Shown: in pieces, positions 1-7,530 of the stretch
Numbering within the stretch: the stretch's first letter is position 1
How the letters are laid out: every line of letters starts with the position of its first letter
From: a bacterium
Lineage (GTDB): Bacteria > Patescibacteriota > Microgenomatia > Daviesbacterales > UBA10151
Assembly: GCA_021786105.1 (NCBI GenBank)
Contig: JAJYNW010000009.1
Span: 1-27,387, forward strand
DNA length: 27,387 nucleotides
Direction: 5' to 3'
Position numbers and translations under genes: made by a program
Notes under the pieces: generated by a model
Seen by the model: the letters and a program-made list of their open reading frames with translations, nothing else
Database searches by the model: none
Told to the model about the DNA's origin: nothing

Positions 1-84
1 AGTCCATCTTCCTTTCCGCAGCATACCCTCAAGCTGCTGCTTTTGCTGACTGTTAAGGGTAATGACCTGTATTTGGGCAGTCAT
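1..84 (-). CDS. N-terminus of probable IS630-family transposase (runs off window edge)
   Basis: ATG at 84 (minus) reads MTAQIQVITLNSQQKQQLEGMLRKGRWT..., resembling the 'I-x-L...LE...RKG' N-terminal HTH region of IS630 transposases; only 28 codons visible. Confidence 0.55.
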   Translation of the reverse strand, partial: MTAQIQVITLNSQQKQQLEGMLRKGRWT

Positions 85-126
85 ACCTTCAGTATCTTAC
101 ATTGGAATTAAGATATCAAGGTACTA
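1..126 (-). mobile_element. Left end of putative IS630-like element
   Basis: Minus strand reads CTAGTACCTTGATATCTTAATT... about 40 nt upstream of the ATG; TA (125-126) within CTAG matches the IS630 target preference. The other end is not in the window. Confidence 0.45.
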
Positions 127-179
127 GAGTTTATTAGAACCCTTCTTATGAATAACTATCATTATGGTTAAGGTCTTGT

Positions 180-433
180 TTACCTTGTTATCGCTAATTC
201 TGGTGGAATAATTCCAAGATGATTTTCAGCATTATGTTCAGCTTTCTCTTCGATTCCTTTCAAAACTTTTGTATGAGTGGTTAATGTTTCTTTTACATCT
301 TCCGTATTTTCAGTTAATCTAACTGTTTGATCCGTATATCTATCTTTTGTTCTAGATTGCCTAATTTTTCGTTAATCGGTTTTAGTTCTTCTTTAATTAC
401 TCCACGCAATTTATTTATATCTTCATCAATCAT
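180..433 (-). pseudogene. Frameshifted small coiled-coil hypothetical protein
   Basis: ATG 433: MIDEDINKLRGVIKEELKPINEKLGNLEQKID..., continuing in another frame as ..DQTVRLTENTEDVKETLTTHTKVLKGIEEKAEHNAENHLGIIPPELAITR* (stop 180-182); 254 nt is one base short of an intact frame. Confidence 0.55.
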
Positions 434-486
434 GGTTTTATCTTCTGAAAATTTTAACCAAATCTCAAGATATATCAAATATATCA

Positions 487-526
487 GTACCGCCAACGGC
501 AGATCATCCCCGTGGCGGACGACGAA
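487..526. repeat. Degenerate tRNA-end/att-like sequence with GC hairpin
   Basis: GTACCGCCAACGG...CCGTGGCGGA..CGAAC resembles GTACCGCCAGCGGGA...GGCGGA..CGAAC at 7388-7436. Confidence 0.45.
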
Positions 527-643
527 CACGGCATGGCTCAAGTAGTTATTTACCAACATAAAAAGCCTTTTATCTATCAAGATCAATTATTAAAACTCCA
601 AGAAGAAGCCAAGAAAAACAAAAGAGGATTGTGGGGAGTCTAA
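524..643 (+). pseudogene. C-terminal fragment of thermonuclease (SNase-like) gene
   Basis: EHGMAQVVIYQHKKPFIYQDQLLKLQEEAKKNKRGLWGV*; the 'G.A.V..Y...EEAK..KRGLW' SNase C-terminal signature; 5' part missing. Confidence 0.75.
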
Positions 644-648
644 AACTC

Positions 649-2994
649 TTATACAGTTAATACTGGTAATCGGCTATTTAGCCTTAGTTTTCTTTGCTCT
701 CGTGAATCAGCTTTAACTGTTGCTTGACCATATAATTGTGTTAAAGCTATTTCCGGAGTTAACCCTCTAACCTCCATTTCCTTTAGCAAAAGCGAGAACT
801 GATCAAATTTGATAGCTTCTTCATATATTTTATTATCCTGCACGATAATTTCCTTATCCTCTGAAGTTGCTTGCCTCTCGACTTCACGCGCCCATGCATC
901 AGCATATTTTTCAGAATTTCGCTCTCTGACTATTGTTGTAAAAATACCTTCTTCTTCGTTATCTCCATACTTCATATAATTAAGACTGTGTGCCTGACCA
1001 AACTCATTCACGCCTATCCGTTTCATATACCTTTCATAATCCTGCCAATTATCACCCAACTCTCTCCCTAATTCTGGGTAGGATACTCTTACTATATATT
1101 TAAATAATTCCTGCCAATCTTGTGCTCTAGCTACTTTTTCAATTTCACCCTTATTCTGTGCGTCAGCAATTTTAATTACCGAAGAAATTACTTCTTCAAA
1201 TTGACGAATATACTCCGATTGCTCTTCCGTCTCCTCCTCGTGTTCTAATTCCAAATTCCTGTCTTCTGATTGAAGATAAATACTTTCTGTAACTTTACCT
1301 CCAATTAATCCTGCTCTCAATTCCGCAACACCTTGCAAATCTCCCAATACATGCAATTCAGACTCTTGTGGTCTTACTTTAATATTGCTTTTTAATAAAT
1401 CTACTGCTCCTGAACTATTAGAGACAGTATTTACAAAAACATCAGCTAGTCTAATTCTTTCAGCCCATTGTTTTAAGAATCGTAAACCCCCTCTGATTTT
1501 ATCCACTGCCTTATCGTAATCTTCTATACCTTGACCTACTTCAAAAGAATCTACTACCAATGCTGGTTTTTCTCCCGACACAGCCAAAACTATTCCTAAT
1601 TTAGCTATTAGATGATTACCCTCATTAATTCTAAAAAAGTTAAATCCAGGGTTCGAAAGCCATATCGGAACAGTCCAGGCATTTATTCCTGTGTACAAAT
1701 GATAAGCTGTACAGTCTCCTGTTAAATCTCCTAAGAACAAATCTTCTCTTCGTCTCGATATCAAAGAGTAATCAGAAGCATGAGTGTCCAATTTAAAAAC
1801 ATTACCTAATTGTGCTGCCATTTCTCTTTTAGCAGAATATCTTTCATTAAATCTTTGTTCCGCTGTCTCCAAAAGGACTTCATCTCTTAAAGCATTTTCA
1901 AAAACATCAAATCCGCCTTCAAGTACCACACCGTTTTCTTTAAAGAAATTTGCAATCTGCCCTCTTAAAACTCTTTGAGCTTTACCTGATTTTGTTTTCG
2001 ATACCTCAATCAACTTTCTAAATCTTGCTACAATATCCGGAAATTCTCCTATACCACTTAATATGTCTTGCTGAGCAACTCTTGCGGTATGGATTACTTC
2101 GTCTGATAAAAAACGACTCCGTTCAATAGTCAATTCCTCCATTGCCAAACCAACTTCTGCTTGAAGCGCTTTTGCAAAATAAGGTCGCACGCTTTCCATC
2201 TCTGCTTGGCCTAATAGAGCCATACTTTCTACAACCTCATCCGGGTTACCAATATTCCAAAACCTTTCCAAAGCAATTCCATATGTAGCACAAAGAGTTC
2301 TAAAATTTGGAGTATGTTCCCATAAAGCAATTTTAAAAGTTTTTTGGCTTTTAGTTGTTGCCAAATATGCTTCATGCAGTTCTTTAATACCTGGATCAAA
2401 ATTTGAATTAAAATCAGGACGCTCTCTCCATCCCAATCTTACTTCGGGATTACCCAATAATTCCTCTGCTTGAAGATGAATACTTCTTACTACATTCCTC
2501 TTTTCTTCATCAATATACTGACGATCATCACCCTCAAATTTCCCCACCACATTATTCCACACGGAATTAACTCTTTCTCTAGTTTCTGCACCAGGTATTA
2601 AATACGGTCCAACTATAGTACCAGCATTTAATAATGCCGATATTGTTCCGTAAGGATCTGAATTTTCATTCTGAGATGAAATGATATCTATATAATCTTG
2701 AGTTAGACGGTCTCTCCTTATTTTCTCAAGATCCACAACTTGTAAAACCTCTAAGGCACAATCCCGACGGTCTTGATCCCATTGCTTATCATCTCTACTT
2801 AAACCATTCAGTAACGATCTTACGAGGCTTCTAGTTTCTACTCCATCAAAACTAGCTATTTCGGCAGAAGCATTATCTAAAATAAGTTCTTTTTCGTCTG
2901 ATCGAGAGAGCAATGTTTGAAGAGTACGCTTATTTCCAAATATACCCTCCAAAAACACGGTCGGACGATCTTTCGGTTTATCTAATTCTGGCAT
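649..2994 (-). CDS. Large hypothetical protein (781 aa), helical N-terminus, DLFLGDLTGDC motif followed by a beta-rich domain
   Basis: Long ORF with ATG start; no family recognised with confidence. Confidence 0.85.
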   Translation of the reverse strand: MPELDKPKDRPTVFLEGIFGNKRTLQTLLSRSDEKELILDNASAEIASFDGVETRSLVRSLLNGLSRDDKQWDQDRRDCALEVLQVVDLEKIRRDRLTQDYIDIISSQNENSDPYGTISALLNAGTIVGPYLIPGAETRERVNSVWNNVVGKFEGDDRQYIDEEKRNVVRSIHLQAEELLGNPEVRLGWRERPDFNSNFDPGIKELHEAYLATTKSQKTFKIALWEHTPNFRTLCATYGIALERFWNIGNPDEVVESMALLGQAEMESVRPYFAKALQAEVGLAMEELTIERSRFLSDEVIHTARVAQQDILSGIGEFPDIVARFRKLIEVSKTKSGKAQRVLRGQIANFFKENGVVLEGGFDVFENALRDEVLLETAEQRFNERYSAKREMAAQLGNVFKLDTHASDYSLISRRREDLFLGDLTGDCTAYHLYTGINAWTVPIWLSNPGFNFFRINEGNHLIAKLGIVLAVSGEKPALVVDSFEVGQGIEDYDKAVDKIRGGLRFLKQWAERIRLADVFVNTVSNSSGAVDLLKSNIKVRPQESELHVLGDLQGVAELRAGLIGGKVTESIYLQSEDRNLELEHEEETEEQSEYIRQFEEVISSVIKIADAQNKGEIEKVARAQDWQELFKYIVRVSYPELGRELGDNWQDYERYMKRIGVNEFGQAHSLNYMKYGDNEEEGIFTTIVRERNSEKYADAWAREVERQATSEDKEIIVQDNKIYEEAIKFDQFSLLLKEMEVRGLTPEIALTQLYGQATVKADSREQRKLRLNSRLPVLTV

Positions 2995-2996
2995 AA

Positions 2997-3848
2997 TTAT
3001 TTTTGGTTACCCGCTGTTATAATTTTATCCCCATGCATTCGGAGATATAAAGCACCTCTTGTTAATCTATCCAAAGGTACTGGTGGAACTGCAATCAACT
3101 CAAGTAAAGAATGTTTTGTAAAAGGATCATTATAATCTGGAAAGCCGGATTCTGCTTCATCAATGCTATGTCTACTTAACTTATTCATCACTCTCTTGGC
3201 TACTGAAAAAGCTAGGTGGAAAGTATTATACCCGCCGTTAAATACTGCCCACAGACTACCTGCGTTTAAAGCAACGCTTAATGGATCAGCTCCACTATTT
3301 ACAGCTGTTGCAACAATAGTAGGAATCAGAGTTAGATCAAACATTCCTAGAAAGCCATAGCTAGTAAGAGTCGATAAATTATATCTTCCATTATTAAGGA
3401 TTTTTTCATTTTTCAGACACTGAATAGAACCTCTTATGAGAGCATCACGAAAATCCTCAATAAATAAATCATCAAACTTTCTTCTCCCATCATTTGATCT
3501 TGCTACCTTATTAGCCAAAGCCTGATCATTTATAGCTACTAACCAAATATCATCTTCTTTTTTAATATCAACTATTCCATCTCCATGCCAAAGTTCCATC
3601 CTCGGCAAATTTAAAAATTTTCCCACTCTTACAAAACCAATTTCATCATAATCAAGAGCTCTATCTTGAGGTTTTTGGGTAACTACAATATCACTTCTCA
3701 TATCACTTACCCTCATAAAGCCATCCGCAACAGGATCATTTAAATGCATTAAGTCATGCCCAACCCCTCTATAACCATCTAGGGAAATTCTATGGGCGTG
3801 TTTAAATTCATATCCTTTGGGTTCAACATCCAACATACGAGGAGGCAT
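2997..3848 (-). CDS. Hypothetical protein with two hydrophobic segments (possible membrane protein)
   Basis: ORF 2997..3914; ATG at 3848 (MPPRM) preferred because the upstream part overlaps the small ORF 3880-4050. Confidence 0.8.
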   Translation of the reverse strand: MPPRMLDVEPKGYEFKHAHRISLDGYRGVGHDLMHLNDPVADGFMRVSDMRSDIVVTQKPQDRALDYDEIGFVRVGKFLNLPRMELWHGDGIVDIKKEDDIWLVAINDQALANKVARSNDGRRKFDDLFIEDFRDALIRGSIQCLKNEKILNNGRYNLSTLTSYGFLGMFDLTLIPTIVATAVNSGADPLSVALNAGSLWAVFNGGYNTFHLAFSVAKRVMNKLSRHSIDEAESGFPDYNDPFTKHSLLELIAVPPVPLDRLTRGALYLRMHGDKIITAGNQK

Positions 3849-3879
3849 TATACTAAAACTATGAGCTTTTATCAATTTT

Positions 3880-4050
3880 TCACAGAGACCTAGGAGGATT
3901 AACCGGAGTTTCAATACTTATCCAAATATCATCCTTTATACACCAGTAAACAATTCTGTTATATTCCTTCAAATCTTTACCACTTTTACCATTATTAGTT
4001 AGGGCTTCTAACTTTTTAAACATTTCCTGTTTACATTTTAGACATTTCAT
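3880..4050 (-). CDS. Small zinc-ribbon-like protein (56 aa), not in ORF track
   Basis: MKCLKCKQEMFKKLEALTNNGKSGKDLKEYNRIVYWCIKDDIWISIETPVNPPRSL*; CxxC...CxxD; starts 2 nt after the upstream gene's stop. Confidence 0.75.
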   Translation of the reverse strand: MKCLKCKQEMFKKLEALTNNGKSGKDLKEYNRIVYWCIKDDIWISIETPVNPPRSL

Positions 4051-4052
4051 AA

Positions 4053-4493
4053 TTATTTATTATATTCCTTAAGTTTTTCTTTTAAATCATGTAATTTCAT
4101 AACTTTTATATTTATGCCTTTAACATAAATTGTCCCAAAATTATTTAAATCAATATTATGTTTTCGAAAATAATATTCATAAGAATCAAAAGAAATATCA
4201 AACGGTTTATTATCCAAACCTCTATATATTATTGAGTTTGCATGAATTGAATATGGAGTTTTAATTGGATTGAAATTTAATGTTTTAATTGAAGAAATTA
4301 TCCTCTCGCAATCTTCTTCTTTTACTATCAAATCTATATCATGTGGTTGTATTTCTTTATTTCCATACAAAAGATCAGCTGTACTTCCATAAACTAAATA
4401 ATCAATATTTTCATTGTTTAGCAAATTACAAACTTCAGATAATAATTGTAAAATTCCTTCTTTAGTAATTTCTTTCACAATCAAATTGTACAT
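4053..4493 (-). CDS. Nucleotidyltransferase family protein (pol-beta superfamily)
   Basis: YLVYGSTA...PHDIDLIV = hG[GS]x(n)DhD motif. Confidence 0.8.
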   Translation of the reverse strand: MYNLIVKEITKEGILQLLSEVCNLLNNENIDYLVYGSTADLLYGNKEIQPHDIDLIVKEEDCERIISSIKTLNFNPIKTPYSIHANSIIYRGLDNKPFDISFDSYEYYFRKHNIDLNNFGTIYVKGINIKVMKLHDLKEKLKEYNK

Positions 4494-4531
4494 CTTTTAA
4501 ATCCTAATTTCTGCCTGATATACTTACTGTG

Positions 4532-4798
4532 ATGAAATTAATATTAATTGATGGTGGGCCGGCTTCGGGGAAAAATACTCTTGGAGCTTGACTGGTAGAT
4601 AAATTTCATAATATTGGGAATAAAGTTATTCTTTTAGATTTAGATAACTACGTCGAGAAATTTAATCCCAAGTGGATTTGGGAGAATAAACAACAAGAAG
4701 AAAAAGATCAATTAAATGCCAGGATAAATTTTATTAAGGATATTAGTAAATATCTTGAAGATGATTTTATTGTTATTGCCATTGGTGAAAGGTTTTGA
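4532..4798 (+). pseudogene. Disrupted P-loop kinase (AAA_33/shikimate-kinase-like)
   Basis: MKLILIDGGPASGKNTLGA*LVDKFH...LLDLDNY...IVIAIGERF*; Walker A GGPASGKNT, in-frame TGA at 4589-4591, truncated at 4798. Confidence 0.75.
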
Positions 4799-4849
4799 AA
4801 AACAAGTTTACACCCGGAGGGTGATTTAGCTTTACACCTTTTCTCTATA

Positions 4850-4865
4850 TACCGCGTACGGGAGT
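4850..4865 (-). repeat. Exact 16-bp duplicate of tRNA-Glu 3' end (att-like direct repeat)
   Basis: TACCGCGTACGGGAGT is identical to 7531-7546. Confidence 0.9.
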
Positions 4866-4985
4866 AAAAGCAGATCCACTTGAAACTTCGTTTCAATATG
4901 GCTCCTCTTGTATTACTCGCTACGCTCGTAATCGAACAGCTTGCTTCTTGGAGCGAAGCGCGCTGTTCCTTCCTTTAGCCGTTCA

Positions 4986-5027
4986 AGATACAAAAATCCC
5001 CGAACAAGTCGGGGGTGTTTTGTATCT
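4986..5027. terminator. Intrinsic-terminator-like hairpin directly before GTACC
   Basis: AGATACAAAA-ATCCCCGA-acaag-TCGGGGGT-GTTTTGTATCT inverted repeat. Confidence 0.7.
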
Positions 5028-5140
5028 GTACCCCAAATGTTTGAGAATTGGAATCAAATTCTGGCTAATTTGAGATCATGGAAGATACTCTTAGAAAATA
5101 GCTTTAGCTCAAACTTAGCAATTAACTACAGCAAGGGATT
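5028..5140 (+). repeat. Cassette-head repeat copy 1 (113 bp)
   Basis: GTACCCCAAATGTTTGAGAATTGGAATCAA...TTAACTAC....AGGGATT; reads VPQMFENWNQILANLRSWKILLENSFSSNLAINY. Confidence 0.95.
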
Positions 5141-5185
5141 GGAACATTTCTGTATTTTATAAGGCTTTTATGCTTAAATAAGCAT

Positions 5186-5869
5186 ATGGCTGAAGCTAAA
5201 GATTTAGGAGAAATAATTGAAGCTTCTTATACTTTCATTGATCATAACAGAAGTCATATTCCATATGGAAAAGGGATAACAGATCAACTAGCTTATGATT
5301 ATAGTAATAGATATAAATTGCCCTTAAGAATTGCGGTATCTGCTTTTAAATACTTAGAAGGACTTAATATGACAAAAGCGGATTATCAGGATAAATATAT
5401 TTTAGACGCAGGTTCTGGTTTAGGAGATTTTAAAAGAGCTCTGAAGGGCATGGGAGTAAAGGCAGAAGTTGTAAACCTTGATGATGCAAAAACATGGGGT
5501 ATATATAACACCGATGTTGTAGGTAAAGTAGAAGCTTTGCCTTTTGCTGATAATTCCTTTGATGTTGCTGTTCTCAATTATGTATTTCCCTTTGTTATAG
5601 ACGAAACTATTGATCCTAGTTACGCAGCTAATCAATTGCGTGAATTAATAAGAGTCACTAAAAAGGGCGGAATTATTAGATACCGTCCATTGAGAATGTT
5701 TGATCCGCAAGTCAGAGAAGGCTCTCAAAGAGTAATGATTGAAGTGACAAAGAGAGCATTAGAGGCTTTAGCAGAAATTTACCAACAAAACCCTGATATG
5801 AAAGTTCAAATTACACGGGCAATTGGTGATGATAACACTTACGATGAAATCCTTGAAATAGTAAAATAG
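5186..5869 (+). CDS. Class I SAM-dependent methyltransferase
   Basis: ILDAGSGLG motif I; LPFADNSFD; RVTKKGG. Confidence 0.9.
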   Translation: MAEAKDLGEIIEASYTFIDHNRSHIPYGKGITDQLAYDYSNRYKLPLRIAVSAFKYLEGLNMTKADYQDKYILDAGSGLGDFKRALKGMGVKAEVVNLDDAKTWGIYNTDVVGKVEALPFADNSFDVAVLNYVFPFVIDETIDPSYAANQLRELIRVTKKGGIIRYRPLRMFDPQVREGSQRVMIEVTKRALEALAEIYQQNPDMKVQITRAIGDDNTYDEILEIVK

Positions 5870-5888
5870 CTTGTTACAACAATCTAAA

Positions 5889-5999
5889 GTACCCCAAATG
5901 TTTGAGAATTGGAATCAATTTCTATACGTTACGCACATGGAAGACCTTACTTAATGGAAGCTTCACCCCAGCTTTAGTATTTAACTACCTCTAGGGATT
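5889..5999 (+). repeat. Cassette-head repeat copy 2 (111 bp, 2-nt deletion)
   Basis: First 30 nt identical to copy 1; reads VPQMFENWNQFL/frameshift/LRTWKTLLNGSFTPALVFNYL*. Confidence 0.95.
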
Positions 6000-6003
6000 A
6001 GAG

Positions 6004-6684
6004 CTACTGAGAAAGCCTATTAATTACTATCTCGTCAGGAGAAAGACCTTCTGTCTCAGATAAATAAACAATTATTTCAGCCACTTTTTTAGGATCCATG
6101 TAAGAAGAAGTGTCGGGTGGTGTTTCAAGTGCGTCATACAAAGGTGTATTAATTCCTCCAGGATGAATGCTTAAAACTCTAATACCATGTTGTTTTGCTT
6201 CCAAACGAAGGCTTTGAGTAAAACCATTAAGCCCGAATTTAGTAGCAGCGTATAGAGTAAAATTAGCCCTACCTTCTTTTCCTACATTAGAATTTATATT
6301 AATAATAGTGCCATTTTTTTGTGAAACCATTAAAGAATAAAGTTTTTGCGTGAGAATCATTGGTGCTTTCAGATTTATTTCTAAAATTTTATTCAGTTGC
6401 TCAGGAGTATTTTTCTCAAATGGTTGGATATAAGTTATTCCGGCGTTATTAATCAAAATATCAACTTGGCCCAAACTATTAACTGCATCACTAGTTTTCT
6501 CAATTATTTCCTGTTTTGTTAAATCCCCTTCAATAATTTCAACATTCTCTTTATCCTGAAATTCTTGGAACCCTTCTGAGTTTAATCCATTTAAGACAAG
6601 TCTATAATTCTTTTCTAAGTACGCTCTAGCTAGTTCCTTTCCTAGTCCACTTGAAGCACCTGTAATTACAACTACTTTATTCAT
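6004..6684 (-). CDS. Short-chain dehydrogenase/reductase (SDR)
   Basis: TGASSGLG, NNAG, YAATK catalytic motif. Confidence 0.95.
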   Translation of the reverse strand: MNKVVVITGASSGLGKELARAYLEKNYRLVLNGLNSEGFQEFQDKENVEIIEGDLTKQEIIEKTSDAVNSLGQVDILINNAGITYIQPFEKNTPEQLNKILEINLKAPMILTQKLYSLMVSQKNGTIININSNVGKEGRANFTLYAATKFGLNGFTQSLRLEAKQHGIRVLSIHPGGINTPLYDALETPPDTSSYMDPKKVAEIIVYLSETEGLSPDEIVINRLSQ

Positions 6685-6784
6685 AAAATGGATTATCTAA
6701 GAAGATTATACACAAATATTTATTGGAACCAAAATAGCCTCAATTTTGAAGTATTAAACACATTGGGTATAAAATCTGAAGCTA

Positions 6785-6897
6785 GTACCCCAAATGTTTC
6801 AGAATTGGAATCAAATTCTGAGTTCATTAAGGACATGGAAGATTCTTTTAGAAAATAGCTTCACACCAAACTTGGCCGTTAACTACCTCTAGGGATT
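6785..6897 (+). repeat. Cassette-head repeat copy 3 (113 bp)
   Basis: Reads VPQMFQNWNQILSSLRTWKILLENSFTPNLAVNYL* (TAG 6890-6892). Confidence 0.95.
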
Positions 6898-6919
6898 AGA
6901 ACTGTGATATATTCATCTT

Positions 6920-7357
6920 ATGATTTACGTTGCCGGGGATAAACATGGTTTTAACGCCATTAAGATAGTTATCGATTATTTGGAAAAGCATGGTATTAAA
7001 TACGAGAATTTAGGCATACAAAACCAAAGCGAAGATATTAAGCTAGAAGATATGATCCCATCAGTGGTAAATATGGTTCTGGGAAACAAAAATAGTCAGG
7101 CAATTATTTCTTGCGGTACAGGAATTGGAGTTGAGGTAGGCGTTAATAAGTTTAGTGGAATTAGGGCTTGTCTTGCCACAAATGAAAAAGTTGCTGAATG
7201 GGCTAGAGTTTATGATAACTGCAATACTTTATGTCTTGTTGGTTGGGACTGCGACAAAAACGAAGTATTTAAAATCCTCGATGCTTGGTTTAGAGCAGAG
7301 TATGATGGTAGTAAAGATAGACTAAAAATGTTCGAAGAATTTAACAAATGGCATTAA
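6920..7357 (+). CDS. rpiB: RpiB/LacA/LacB family sugar-phosphate isomerase
   Basis: AGDKHG, CGTGIG, NKFSGIRA, N-x-N-x-L-C-L motifs. Confidence 0.85.
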   Translation: MIYVAGDKHGFNAIKIVIDYLEKHGIKYENLGIQNQSEDIKLEDMIPSVVNMVLGNKNSQAIISCGTGIGVEVGVNKFSGIRACLATNEKVAEWARVYDNCNTLCLVGWDCDKNEVFKILDAWFRAEYDGSKDRLKMFEEFNKWH

Positions 7358-7387
7358 TTCTACTTTAGAGCAAAACATCAGTCTAAA

Positions 7388-7529
7388 GTACCGCCAGCGG
7401 GATAATCACGTATCCGCCAAAGGCGGATTAACGAACAGTCTTGTCCATAACTTCGTCAGGACTACGCAGTCCTATCCCTTTCGGTGCAAAAACAAAAACG
7501 CTCCGGATGAACCAGAGCTTTTTTTGTTT
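7388..7529. repeat. Non-coding hairpin-rich module B2
   Basis: Starts GTACCGCCAGCGGGA (degenerate tRNA end), has ATCCGCC-aaa-GGCGGAT and AGGACT-acgc-AGTCCT palindromes, ends in a hairpin abutting the tRNA. Confidence 0.65.
7490..7529 (-). terminator. Terminator-like hairpin downstream of tRNA-Glu
   Basis: AAACAAAAA-c-GCTC..GAGC-TTTTTTTGTTT inverted repeat with A/T tracts. Confidence 0.65.
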
Positions 7530-7530
7530 G

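Larger units (their letters stand above)
4850..5027. repeat. Non-coding hairpin-rich module B1
   Basis: tRNA-end copy, hairpins (TTGAAAC/GTTTCAA 4880-4896; GAACAGC/GCTGTTC), terminal long hairpin; same layout as 7388-7529. Confidence 0.65.

Noticed and set aside
314-586. 90-aa ORF as predicted
   Set aside because: Its first half is the antisense of the thermonuclease fragment and the hairpin; the protein-like part starts at 433 and is frameshifted.
4589-4591. TGA recoding (genetic code 25) in the kinase ORF
   Set aside because: TGA is the normal stop of gatA, gatB, rplS and htpX in this window, and other genes have no internal TGA.
4850-4940. Second, intron-containing tRNA-Glu
   Set aside because: Only the 3' acceptor strand and half the T-arm are present; no anticodon arm or 5' acceptor strand follows.
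4941-5162. 73-aa ORF as a real gene
   Set aside because: A TTG start inside hairpin DNA reading through a terminator into repeat copy 1; only the repeat part looks coding.
5028-6897. Repeats as a CRISPR array
   Set aside because: Units are ~113 bp, separated by whole genes and diverged in a codon-like way; no cas genes are present.
5028-7529. Classical integron attC array
   Set aside because: No RYYYAAC...GTTRRRY palindromic attC structure was seen in the repeats, there is no intI, and the core is the tRNA end GTACC.
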